From contig NW_027191462.1 in NCBI RefSeq assembly GCF_011745625.1, forward strand, positions 558,001 to 622,000: a stretch of 64,000 nt of DNA. The letters are read 5' to 3'. The DNA is from Cladosporium halotolerans (taxonomy: Eukaryota). Below are positions 12,077 through 23,835 of this stretch, one piece after another (the first letter of the stretch is position 1; the number at the start of each line of letters is the position of its first letter). Position numbers and translations under genes: made by a program. The notes beneath the pieces are model-generated. The model had not been told where the DNA came from. It made no database searches and worked only from the letters and a program-made list of their open reading frames with translations.

Positions 12077-12838
12077 TGTTCTATGATCTGCTCCCAGAGA
12101 AAGTGAGACAGTTGAATCGGCAGGCCATGGTGGGTGCAGCGCTCTCTCTTATACCTCAGCCTTTCCATCGTCGAAAACAGGATCACACGGCACTGGTGGA
12201 CGCCGATCGATTGAACGCTATCCGGCCTCCGGATGCTCCAGCGATTCAGTTGCCGAGAAGTGAGGAGACTTTGTCCTTCCGTCTCCACTCACATCGATCT
12301 TGTTCCGAGGCCAAGGGTATTTGATGGTGTTGGTGCGGCAGTATTGGTGGCATCTCGGGCACAAAGGTCGTCTACAGCAGCCATGTCTTCGCCTTGTCAG
12401 GTATACTGATAAGAGGTGTACCCTTTGTACTCATTATTGGAGAACAAGAAGATCTTCTCCACGCGACGGCTAAAAGCTGGCGATGACAACAGGGTGGAGT
12501 ACCTTACGATAGTCCAGGAGTTTCTCCGCATGCGTCAACGGCGTTTGCGGGGAAAGCTTCTGTTGCTGCTCATGAGGACTCTTTTCGTTTCTTCCTCTTT
12601 CCCTCTGTCGTGTAATGCGGTTCGAGGTGAGGTAAGAAAGAGATGCGAGCATTATTGAGACGTGAAAACATAAGATCACATGGTCTGGCAGATGAGTTAC
12701 GTAAGCATTGTCTGAGCATCTGGCATAACCGCCTGGAATTTTGCTGCCATTGGACTCCTCGATGGATGACGAGGAAATCAAAACAAGATAATCATACAGC
12801 TCCAATTCTCCCCTCAACCCCCATCAGATCATCATCAC

Positions 12839-13240
12839 CTACTTTCCCATCTTCCCCTTCGCCTCCTCATATGCGCCCTTCGCCTTACCCTCCACCTGGC
12901 TCGCAGTGCCCTTCGCCTGTCCCTTCAGCTCCTCAGCTTTGCCCGACGCCTGTCCAGCGACCTCGCTGGCTTTACCCTGCGCTTCGGCAGAGCCGAATCC
13001 AGCGGCCTCCTTGGCTTTCTGTGCGAGCTCCTGAGCTTTGTCGAGGCCTTTGACGGCGGCGCCGGAGAGGGTTTGGTCGGCTTGCTTGCCGCTCTGGATG
13101 GGATGTCAGTTCGGGGATTGATGGGGATGGAGGATGTCAAGGTAGCTACATACCTCTTTGGCGGCGTCGGTGGCGGATTTGCGGAGGGCAGGTGCCGTGG
13201 AAAAGAGGCGGGCGTTGCGGGCGAGAGTTGTGCGGAACAT
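12839..13240 (-). CDS. Small LEA-like hydrophilin with mitochondrial-type presequence, 2 exons
   Basis: Manual splice (intron 13094-13153): MFRTTLARNARLFSTAPALRKSATDAAKE|SGKQADQTLSGAAVKGLDKAQELAQKAKEAAG...AQGKASEVAGQASGKAEELKGQAKG...EAKGKMGK*; 11-mer A/G/K/E repeats. Confidence 0.8.
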
Positions 13241-13783
13241 TGTGGCGGGTGTTGTTGGGTGTATTGTATTGATTTGGCGATGGAGCTGTTTCTGGGAAGC
13301 GTGGGATTGATGATAGACTGCTTTTGTTTCGTTCGATCAGCTCTCGCAGGTAATTGATCGCTTACAGCTAAGGCAATACCTAAACTATATATACAGGTTT
13401 CATGCAAGGAAAGAAGCTTGGTTCGTCAATTCTGACGTCGTCGTGATGGCGAAAGTCTCGTGATGCGCCGATGATGATTCGCAATGCAAGCCACACATCA
13501 CCCCGCTGATACGAGAGTCTCGAGGGTCTAGACCCTAGATCTATCATCTTGACCTTATTGTAGTGCCACAATGAGCTAGAGTGTCCGTGTATTATACTGC
13601 TCAATCCACTTCTTCTGCTCAATCATCTTGACTTTTAATCTCGATTTAGACGAATATCATGTAAGCTCAATGGCAATATACAACACGGATCTGCTTCAAT
13701 TGACCAACGTGGATTCCAAAAGTCATTTTGTCGAAACTGAATACATGTAGCCTCGACCATGATCGACTAATCCCCTCAGGAGC

Positions 13784-15711
13784 CTACACATACAAGGCCT
13801 TCTGCCACCAGCGACACCTCTCATTCGCCGCGGGATCCCTCATCTCATGAATGCTCGTAACATTCAGATTCTGCACCGTCGCGTTCGGCCCATACATGTC
13901 GAAATGCGGCACGCCCTGCCCGTTCGGCTGGCCCTTCATGGCGAAGTTCGTGATGTACTCCTGCAGCGCGACGGCGACCTTGGGGCTTATCACACCGGTC
14001 ATGTCATCGTCGGACGTTGCGTTGGCGTTGTAGAAGGTGTAGCGGACGTCGAGGCCGTGCAGGGCCGGCGGTACGGAGAACAGGTAGTTGTAGGTTTGGT
14101 TGAGGAGGGCGGTCGAGAGGTAGAAGGTGTTGCAGGTGAAGGAGAGCTCGGCGGTCAGGGCGCTGGCGCGCTCGATTTCGGTCGTGTAGTTTTGCGCTTG
14201 GCTGCCGTCGAAGATGGGCGGGTAGAGGGTGTTGACGATGTAGGAGAGGACGTCGGGGAATGCGCGCACGGAGGGTAGGATACTGGAGAGCTGAGTCTTG
14301 ATGTCGGTGGTTGACTTGGTGAAAGGCGAGGTGAACAAGAGGCCCTGGGAGGGTGTCAGCGGGAATGGTGATTTGGAGGGATCTTTCAAGATTGAGCATA
14401 CCTCGTCGGCATTGTGTCCAACCATGACTTTCACGCTCTTGTCGAATTTGCCGTGCAGGAGAGCTTCGCCGGGGAGGACTGGCAGGAAGTCGCCATCGAC
14501 TACAGGCCCGTAGGTGAAGCCACCGTATGCGGCCAAGCCGACCGTGACAGCATTGGCCATTTGCAAAATCGAGCTGTTCAGCTTACGAGCTTCCTCGATG
14601 GTAGAGACGTTGAGCAGCTTAAGGTAGTTCTGGAAGACCTGCTCCTGCTGGTTGCGAGAGACGACTGGGATGAAGCCAGGAGATTGCGGGATGGCCTGCC
14701 AGAGGTGTCAATAAGAGTCTTCCAAAGTTTTCCCTTGGATTGAAAATCATTCTCACCTGACTGAAAGGAGCAGGGCCCTTAAGCCCGTTGTAAGCAGTGA
14801 TCTGGCTCATGATACTGCCGCCACCGGCACTCTCGCCCATGACCGTGACACGCTTAGGATCGCCGCCGAATTTCTCAATGTGCTTCTGAACCCACTCAAG
14901 AGCAAAGCGCTGATCGCGAAGCCCGGCGTTCGAAGCGCCGTCTTCTTGGAAAGTAGGACCGGACAACCAACCGAAAGCTCCCAAGCGGTAGTTTAGCGCG
15001 ACGTAGATTACACCATCGTCACCACCGTTTTGGCTTGCTGCCAGCAGACCTGATGGGTCGAAGTTCGCCGCCTTGGAGCCGGCAGTGTATCTGTGAGACA
15101 AGGCAGGTTAGTGATTGCAATTGATTGAAATCGTTCGTCGGACGACATTGGAGATGGACATACCCGCCACCGTAGATCCAGACAAGCACCGGCGCACCCT
15201 TGCCGTGCTTAGATTTCTCGAAAAGGTGCTCCGGAACAACTACGTCAAGGAACAAGCAGTCTTCCGTCGTTCCCGGAGCAGCGGGAGGGATGATTGAGGA
15301 GTTGAAAGTTGCAAGGTTGACATCACTGACAGAAAAGTTCGCCGGCAATACAGAGTCGAAATCCGATCGATTGAACGACGTTTCGCCCATGAAATAGCCC
15401 ATGAGGAACTGCTGTGTAGTTTTACTCCAGAGAGCGTTCGCTTGCGGGCAGATGGGGTCGGGTCTGGGGTCTTGGACGGCGGTGCGGTTCTTCGCCGGCG
15501 GTTGAGGGGCACGGAAGCGGTTCTCGCCAGTGGGAGGAGCGGCGTAGCGGATGTTGTTGAAGCGGTACAGCTTCGTTGTGTCGTTCAGCGAGCTGGCGCG
15601 GTAGATTTCGTAGCCGAGATCAACTTTGGGTAGTCCTCCATCCTTTGAGGTGGGAGTGGTTGAGGCTACGCTCAGCAGCGACAGAGCCGCTGCGACTGTG
15701 GTGAATCTCAT
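13784..15711 (-). CDS. Secreted type-B carboxylesterase/lipase
   Basis: Signal peptide, NIRYAAPP, TEDCLFLDV, WIYGGGY, NYRLG, GESAGG, LHGLDV; 3 introns. Confidence 0.93.
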
Positions 15712-16844
15712 TGTATCGGTATATTGTTATTAAGCCCAGGTCAAGGTTGTGTCTACTATTAGATTTAAAGGCAAGACCGTCAATACACGCTTAGACCGTC
15801 TCACCCGGCAGTCAAGCGTCCAGTGCGCGAAAGAGTCGCTCAGGCAAGAGAGAAAGGAATCGAAATGCACTCCAGTACGCTCCGCCCAAGGACCTACATG
15901 GTATTATACCGCCGGCTCGCTCGGCATTAAACTTTCGTACCAGCGAAGCGTATTGCCGTCATCTCCAGACAATCGTGGAGTCAGCCCCAACCTCGAGTAA
16001 GGTTAGTCCGGGTTAGGTGGCACAGTAACGGCTATCATCAACCGAGGCACACAGCTTAACGCCTGCTCGCAACGATGCACGACGATGGCCTCGAAGCAGA
16101 CGTGGCGTCGCCCAATGCAGCATCTTGACCGCCGTCGCACCTCTTCGCCAGCCAGCCGGACGAGCCAGCGCAGCAAATGCTCCAGCAGCGGTAACGGGCG
16201 GATCGATTTGACGCATGACGCGCACCAACCCGCGGTGCACGTTCCCGCGGGCGGCAGCTTCTTGCACTTCCTTATATTGGGCAGGTGGATTAGGCGCATC
16301 GATCGAGCTCGCGTGGCTCAGCTCGCTTACGAATGTGCAAATGAGAAAAAGAGGAGAAGTTGCGGAGAAGCGAGGAGGTAGTTCTCCAGAGCCGAGGCAC
16401 CGGGCGACCAGCTGGATTGGGGTGAGGTCAGCGAGTTGTTGGCAGAGCTACTGATGAGAAGTGTACTGTAGGTTTTTGAGGCGGTGATAAGCTTCTGCGA
16501 CTTGGGGCTTTGTATGCGCCTCCATGTAATTGCTCGCTACCTGGGTACAAAGGAGCGGCTGGCAGACTCGTGATCGCGGTGCGACCGACGTTCTGAAGAA
16601 ATCGGAATGACCAGGGCACCCTTGCTGTCGGTCGAGACGGGAACCCGGCGCGAACCCCTTGTTTGCCACGCAACGTGGAAATGGGTAAGGAAGTGAGCAC
16701 GGACTGTGGCTTTGGCAGCGTCGGCACCATCAATCTGGTGCCGTGTTGATGGGCGGAGACGAAGATCTTGGAGTTTTGTTTGAGATAAAGATTGTAACCA
16801 AGGTAGGATGGGATTCTCTGCAGCGGCCGATGGGACAGGTACTT

Positions 16845-17670
16845 ATCCACCAACCACGAAGTAATCAATCAATTCCACCATCCACCATCCAACATCCACA
16901 AATGCACATCCACAAATTCACCGTGGATTTTGTGGATGAAACGACCTTGCCCAACTGACCTCACCACCATCAGGACTCAGGCTACCCGCTTGCCACCAAG
17001 GTAGACCGAAGACGATGATAGCCAGTGTCTTCAATGATCTAGCGTGAAAACAGATAAAATCAGAGCCTGCAGGTTTGCTGACCGTAAATGAACGATCTCT
17101 GAAATCCACAAATCCACAATCCACAGAATCCAAAATCCACAGATCCACGGTGGCTTTCGTGGATGGAACGGCCTTGCACCACCACTAATACCACCACCAA
17201 CAAGATCTATTCCAACAAGATCTGTTCAAAAAATTGAACCGCATTCAAACCAAATGAGAATCAGATCGCCAATGGTAATAGGTTTAACTGAATCATCAGA
17301 GATCATTTTGGCGTGATGGATCAGTCACTGAAATCCACAATCCACGTCCACAATTACGTCCACAATCCACGGTGGATTTTGTGGATGAAACGACCATATA
17401 CCACCACCACCAGTCTCACCATCAAAACATGTCTTTCAAAGGTGATCCGCAATCAAGCCAATGAGAACAAAGCTACCTATCGTCAAAGCCTCGGTGAAGC
17501 ATCTGGGAACTTTGTGGCGTGGTGGATGAATACCTAACAAAACTCCACAATCCACGATCCACATCCACAAATCCACGGTAGATCCACGGTGATTGTAAAT
17601 CGACATCACATCCACACCCACGGTGGATTGAACTTCACGCTCCATGGCCATGGGCATGGATCACCACCAC
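16845..17670. repeat. Degenerate tandem array: ~4 units, ~205-227 bp period, ATCCAC-rich with palindromic core
   Basis: Cores at ~16908, 17135, 17358 and 17563; identical 24-mer GTGGATTTTGTGGATGAAACGACC at 16923 and 17372; about 18 ATCCAC hexamers by manual count. Confidence 0.85.
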
Positions 17671-17968
17671 AGCTGGAATGATACTTTCGAGTACTGCTTC
17701 GCCCTTGCGATTTCGATGACGCTTGCTGAGGTGAATCGTATTTGGAGGTGCTTTTGATAGGGATGCTGACTCATCTCGATACGGCATACGGCATACAGCA
17801 TAACACGCTTTTTCCCTAACCCAGAGCACAACCATGCCGCATCACATCGCATCGTCCCTCGTCCCTCGTGTCGTATCATTCGTGTCCTTTCCCTCTTCAC
17901 GAAATCTTCCACTCGCAACAATACCTAATATCAAGTACCCAGACTCTAGCTCGAAAGACGTAACGTAA

Positions 17969-19510
17969 TTACATGATCTGCACCCATAAGTCAGCACATC
18001 ATCACCCAATCAGCCAAGAATGCTTTCGGGAAACTTACAAACAACAAATCGGTGTCCAGCGGGTGACTGCAGCTCAGCTGCGGCTTCTGGTCGTACTTGC
18101 CCTCGAGCTCGTCGCGGATGCTGTTGAGCAGCTGCACGTAGCTCTGCTGCGGGTTCTTGCGCAGCGCCGCCATGAAGGCGTACGACATGGCGCCGGTCGC
18201 TTTGCCCGCGATGTTGGCGTCGGCCCTGTTCGTGCATTACGCGGTTAGCGGAGGGGTTGGAAAGGGGGGATGGTTGGGGCTTCTTTTGATGAACTTACGA
18301 TGTCTGATCGTCCTTGCTGCCACTCCACATGATGACGTCGGCGGGACTGGTCTTGGTCTTGAGGTTCTTCTGGTAGACGTCGTCGCCCGTCGTGGCTTTC
18401 TTGAAGAACGACATCGCCGTCGACGCCATGCCGCCGATGTCGCCGCGCGCGTACGAAGACACGATACCCAGCAGGCCCTGGCCGGCCTCTTTCGCGAGGT
18501 TGGGCTCCTTGAGCACGCCTTGCGTCGAGTAGACGTACGGCAGGTCGAGCGCGGTGCCGGAGTGGCAGGAGTCGAAGATGGCGGTCAGGCGCACGCCGGG
18601 CTGCAGGGGGCGGACCATGATCTCGTGCATCTGGTCGTCGACGATGTGGCCTGTCTGTCGGAAGTCGACGGGGTAGATGACTTCGTCGTAGCCGTCGTCT
18701 TCGTCGCCCGTCAGGTCCTCTGTCTGCCCGCCGTGGCCGGAGTAGTGGAAGACGAGGGAATCGTTAGGCCGGGCGTCTTTCACTAGCCAGTGCATGGCGC
18801 GGAGGATGTTGGCTTTGGTCGGCTGGCTCATCGGGTTCTGCTGGTCGTCGGTTAGGCACACCATGTCTTCTCTCGCGTAGTTGTGGACCTGGTTGAGGTA
18901 AGTCGACAGGTTCTTAACACTGGCAGTTGTTAGTATGAGGGTTTCCTCCAACACGCAACTGATCCGACATACTCGTTGATACACCCTCTCAGCTGTCCCT
19001 TCTGTCCAAAGTAGTTAATACCAATGAGCAGCGCCTTGCGCCGACCCGTACACGCGGAGTAGGTGAAGCCGTAGTTGCTGGGAGCGCCGTGCCCGAATTG
19101 CTGCTGGCCCTGCGGCGGAGGCGGCGGTCTGCCATAACCACCTGCATACCGATTAGGAGCAGCGCGGGAGGCGTAGTGTCCCTGCCCATACCCACCTTGA
19201 TTGTACATCTGCTGTTGCTGCTGCTGGAAGGGTGTCACGGCCTGGCCGTACTGCTGCGGCGCATTGTTGTACTGCTGGGGCGGAGGAGGCTGCTGGTAGT
19301 GGCCGTAGCTCGGTTGGGGAGCACCGTATCCATAGCCGGGTTGAGGGGGAGGGGCACCGTACTGTCTGGGATTGTCTGTCAGTATGATGTTCAACATGGG
19401 CCACGTGAGAGGGAGTGAACTGACGGTTGCTGATAACCACCGTATCCTTGCTGCGGCGGAGGGCCGTAGTTGTGGTGCTGGTTGTGGTAGCCCTGTCCCG
19501 GGAAGGCCAT
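17969..19510 (-). CDS. MCA1: Metacaspase type I
   Basis: Q/P/Y/G-rich N-terminus, [11 protein letters not shown], catalytic HYSGHG and [18 protein letters not shown]; several introns, last micro-exon IM*. Confidence 0.96.
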
Positions 19511-20434
19511 GGCTTAGGAGGATGCGGCGGTGTTCCAGGTGTGAACGCGCCAGGCAAGAAGTGTGACACCGGGTCTGACGACACAGACGGATGCTCTAGG
19601 TGTAGAACCGTGCTGAGGACGGCGGTATGTAGAAAGTGGCGTGTGTGTGTGGTGTTCGGGCAGCGGCAGGCGTGAGCTGATTGCTTGCTACGCGATACTG
19701 TACAGCGAATGCGCGGCGGGAGATCGGCTGGAGCGGGCGTGCGGGGCTTAGCGGATTGGCTGCGATGCGGGCGGCTATTTTTGAGGCGCAAAGCGAGCGA
19801 AGGCGTGCAGATGGATGTGTTGTCGAGGCGTGGGTGACAGGGAGATGTACGCAGCAGGAGTGAGGATATCACCAGCAATTCAAGAGGAGAGAGGCGGCGT
19901 AAGACAAGTATGGGAGTCCGGCACACCGGCACTTGGCAGATCCATCCTATGTACATCACCGACTCCAAGTCATCCCATCGCGGGGCTGGGCGGATGCCGG
20001 GAAGGGTGGTTGTCGGTTTCACTCACGTTTTCTGACTGATAGCCATGCGATTTTTGACATGCTCGTGTGCTTGGCAAAAACATTCTGAAACTGATGACCG
20101 CCATATGCAATGCACGACAGCATTCGTTTTCAGTCCCCTGCTATGTAATATTGTACACCTCGCGACCGCCGGCATCGCCGAACTACGTGGAGTACCTCAA
20201 ACAGGCAGTGGCGCGTGCGCGCGCAGGGCTGAGTTGACGCACTCGTCGCCGGCCTTGGCAGGCCAGCCCTACAGCTACCGAGTCTTGAAAGCCTGAGGCG
20301 TCAGAATCCCGACCCAAGCCACGGCTTACCTGCCGCTTACAGTCCGCTTGGCTCCCCCCGAGGTCGCACCGCGTCGGTGCCAGGCGGAAAAGGACTCGCG
20401 CCTAGCAAAAAGGCGGAAAAAGAAATCGCGAATC

Positions 20435-20529
20435 TGGCTCTGCCGTGAATCGAACACGGATCTACACGGACTTGTACGCCCATCGCTGGGCTGCCACAAC
20501 GTGTTATTCTGCCATTAAACCACAGAACC
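20435..20529 (-). tRNA. tRNA-His(GUG) with 24-nt intron
   Basis: Reverse complement: GGTTCTG acceptor / CAGAGCC-A; anticodon stem ACACG/CGTGT with loop TT-GTG-G; intron 20470-20493 after position 37; T-loop GTTCGATTC; downstream T-run terminator (~20417-20421). Confidence 0.92.
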
Positions 20530-20645
20530 TTTGATTGATGAAAGCCTTCGGCATCTTCAACATTATATACCTTAAACTCTTTCACAACCACAGATCTCGA
20601 GCGATCCGAGATCATACACCGCAATGTCATTCAACGAAGATCGAT

Positions 20646-22181
20646 TCACATAGTACCAGAATCGCTAAAATCAAAAGACCACACATGAATACCACAGCTA
20701 GCCTTCAAACCTGCCCCCCCCCCCCCCCCCCCCAACCCAACACCACCAACAAACCTCGCCCTCCGCCCCTCAACCTCCACCCTCCCCACAAACATCGCCC
20801 GCACCCTCCCCTGCTCCGCCGCAACCCTCGCATGAAACACGATATTCCACCTCCCCTCCCCGTCCGCTAACAGCCCCGCCGACCCCGGCGCGTGCAGGCC
20901 CCAGTCCCCCGTCTGCAGCAAGGGACGCTCCGCCCGCGTGTACGGCCCGCGGATGTCGGTCGCCGTCGCGTACTTCAGGTCGTAGCTCGGCGCCCGCGTG
21001 CACCCGGACGAGAAGAAGAGGAAGTAGATCCCCTCGTGCGAGCGGATGAGGTCTGGGGCTTCGACTAGGGGCCCGTCGGACGCGGTGCGGTTGAGGATTG
21101 CGATGGGGCTGTCGACGGGTTCGAGGCCGGAGGCGGAGAGCTTTTGCAGCATTATGGGCGTGGGAATGCGCGGGCGCACAGTGTTGCCGCATTCGCCGCC
21201 GTGCCCGATGTTGTTGCCGTCGACTTTATAGAGGAGGTAAGGCGTGTGGTCGTGGTCGGTGAAGGCGGCGGGGTCGATGGCGCCGCCCTGCGCGATGGGG
21301 CAGGCGATGGGGGTTGGGAGTGGGGAGTAGGGGCCCATTGGAGAGGAGGCGGTGGCGGCGCCGATGCAGTGCGGTGCTGGGTGGCGAGGGAGGAAGGCGG
21401 ATTCATCGGCGCCTTTTTGTTTGTCGTCTTTGAGGTCTTCGCGTGCGAGCCGGTTGCGGGCTGCAGTGTAGTACATGATGTACTTGCCGTCCTTGGATGG
21501 TTGTCGGGCGACGCTGGGCGCCCATACGTTTGCTCGTGGGATTGGCGGGTGGGTGCGATTGTCGCGTCCCTGAACGGCCCAGAGTCCTGTGTCGGGTAAT
21601 GGGTCATGCGTAGAGTTCAAGAGTGTCCAGTTGAGGAAGTTTGTCGAGGTAGCGACTTGTATGTTTGAGACGCCGTATTCGTAGCTCGAAGCATTGTCTG
21701 GACGCTGAAGGATGCCAGCTGCATTGTTGGTTGCGAATGCATACCACGTCTTGCCATCTTTCCACAATGCTGGGTCCGGGAAGTTGTCATCCAGGACCAT
21801 GCGTACTAATGAGGGATGGTCGGGTGTGCTCTTGTAGCGTTGGTGTGAGCGCGTGAGAGTCACGCCTACAGCAGCACCGACCACACCGAGTAAGATCAGT
21901 ATCATAACACAAGCGGTAGCGAGAGCGCCGCGCGAGCGGAATGAAAATGCACGATTGTCTTTGGCATGCTGCTTGTCGGAATCAGGATCGATTGGCTTGG
22001 TGAAGTGCCGCTGAAAGAAGGTCAGGCCGACAGCCTGGTCTGCTGCCCCAGTGTCATGCTTGTCTTGGAGATTTGATTCGGCCATAGGTTGCCATGACGG
22101 GGTGGATGCTTGCGTTTGCTGCTCACTCTGTGATGTGTGCGAGTCTCCATGATGGGTGTCAGGAGGCTGATGGGTTGTCAT
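20646..22181 (-). CDS. Glycoside hydrolase family 43 with N-terminal transmembrane anchor
   Basis: NFPDPAL, VWAPSV, GAIDPAAF, LVEAPDL five-blade propeller motifs; hydrophobic ALATACVMILILLGVVGAAVGV helix; first ATG 22181. Confidence 0.88.
   Translation of the reverse strand: MTTHQPPDTHHGDSHTSQSEQQTQASTPSWQPMAESNLQDKHDTGAADQAVGLTFFQRHFTKPIDPDSDKQHAKDNRAFSFRSRGALATACVMILILLGVVGAAVGVTLTRSHQRYKSTPDHPSLVRMVLDDNFPDPALWKDGKTWYAFATNNAAGILQRPDNASSYEYGVSNIQVATSTNFLNWTLLNSTHDPLPDTGLWAVQGRDNRTHPPIPRANVWAPSVARQPSKDGKYIMYYTAARNRLAREDLKDDKQKGADESAFLPRHPAPHCIGAATASSPMGPYSPLPTPIACPIAQGGAIDPAAFTDHDHTPYLLYKVDGNNIGHGGECGNTVRPRIPTPIMLQKLSASGLEPVDSPIAILNRTASDGPLVEAPDLIRSHEGIYFLFFSSGCTRAPSYDLKYATATDIRGPYTRAERPLLQTGDWGLHAPGSAGLLADGEGRWNIVFHARVAAEQGRVRAMFVGRVEVEGRRARFVGGVGLGGGGGGAGLKASCGIHVWSFDFSDSGTM
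20714..20733. repeat. Poly-C homopolymer (20 nt) in the 3' end of GH43 CDS
   Basis: Run of 20 C, read as poly-Gly on the minus strand. Confidence 0.9.
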
Positions 22182-23835
22182 TTTCGTAATGATCGTTTTG
22201 GAAAGAACGAGACGCTGACCCCTGGTTCCTGCCCAAGGAGGTCTACATGAAAGTGTGCTTGCTTCTATGAAGGATGGGGCGATGCGCTGACTTGTGACGA
22301 GGGTGTCTCTATTCACTGACACGGTGTAAGGTATCGATGTCGCAGAGCAACGGTGCACGATTGACGCTCAGTGCGCCTTGACCTGGGATGGTATCATTTC
22401 GTGAGAATTGCAAGGCAATGGTGGAAGGGGCGACGGTAGGTCTGCAGCACGTGAAATGCAGACGGTTGATCAGCAGCTGAGCGAAGGATGAGAAAGATGA
22501 AGTAGTGGTGAGCATGCAACGAGGGTGTGCCTGACCGCAGGACGGTCAAGGAGGATAAGGTACGATACGATGCGCCTGCGCGCGGCACTGGCGCGCGCGG
22601 CAGATACGAGAGGGTTACGCAAGCACGTGGCCGGGTGTTGGTGGTCTCTGAGAGTCTCTGGGGATTGCTGTGCGATCTGCAGCGCGAGCAGGCGCCATTC
22701 CATTGGCACGATTGGCCCTTCCCCACCAGGGGCTGAAGCTGGGCCGCCGCTGTTTGTTGCTTCGCCGCACTTCAGCGCTGCGTCTAGACCACCTCACGTG
22801 ACCACTGCTGGGCTTGGGGGCCGCGGGCCCGAAGGAACGCGGATCTTGCGGCATTGCCGGGTCAGGCCGCATAGAACGCGATTGGATCTGTATACGATGC
22901 AGGCAGCGTGCTGAACAAGCTCGAAGACATCTCTTAGCGCTTATGGTCTGTACCTCGAAGGGCTGCCTGATGACTCCCGCCTCCGGCATTGCCGGCAGGC
23001 CGGGGCTGATGAATACTCAGCACGACTGTATGTGTGTGTGCATCAGTGGCATAAGTGCCGTGTCTTGTGTAGAATATAGAAAAGCTATCGAAATCATTCT
23101 TAACGAGATTGCGAAATCCGATTGCCGGCCCTCACCTCTCGAGCCATGGATTCTATCATCGTTTATGCCTCGGGCTTGCTCATATACCAGACAATGCGGA
23201 CCCTCGAGCGCGAGCGAGCAATGTATCATCTCAAGCGATTTGTCGACGAGGCGCACCTAGTGACAAGACGATTGGAAGTAGGCATTGTCAAGCCTTGAGG
23301 AAACGATACAACAGGTTTGTGAAGCCGAATCGGAACAACCAGACGAAGGGTCGATTTAATAATACTTCATTAGGTGCGGCAGCGAAAGCGCTCGCTCTTA
23401 TGTTTATACAAGCCCCATGAAAAGCTCTGCGGGTTGTTGACGCGGTATCCTTCGTGGCGAGCCACGGTCCTGTCGCTGGCCCTCAACATGCTCCAGCGGG
23501 ACCATTTGCAGTTGACGAGAGGAGCAAATCTCGACAATAGGCATAGAAGGACATGGAATACCCAGCCGGACAGCTGAATCGACTAGATCAAGCTCTTGGC
23601 GGGATCGCGTTGACCGCGCGCTGAATTGTTCGCGCGGCACTTGAGAGCTACTCTCCGTGGCGGCGGCGTCGTATGCTCACATCTCTTGAAACCCACAGGA
23701 CAAAGGTGCCCAAGACTGAGATGCGTCGATTGTTGAGCCTTCCCGCTTCACGCGTTGGCCAAACTCATTAAATGTTCTTGGATGATAGAAGAAGAAAACA
23801 ACAAATGCCCAGGAAACAGAACTTTTTGCCCCCCT

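Noticed and set aside
16845..17670. CRISPR array interpretation of the repeat/spacer pattern
   Set aside because: Eukaryotic context, no cas genes, ~180-bp spacers that are homologous to each other, and degenerate repeats.
17969..19510. Metacaspase prion-like N-terminus as part of an immune cluster with the repeat array
   Set aside because: The Q/P-rich prodomain is standard for fungal type I metacaspases, and there is no NLR or HeLo partner nearby.
22300..23750. Short ORFs in long intergenic regions (also 15750-16850, 25300-27200, 33000-34500)
   Set aside because: No codon bias, domains or splice structure; likely promoter/UTR sequence.
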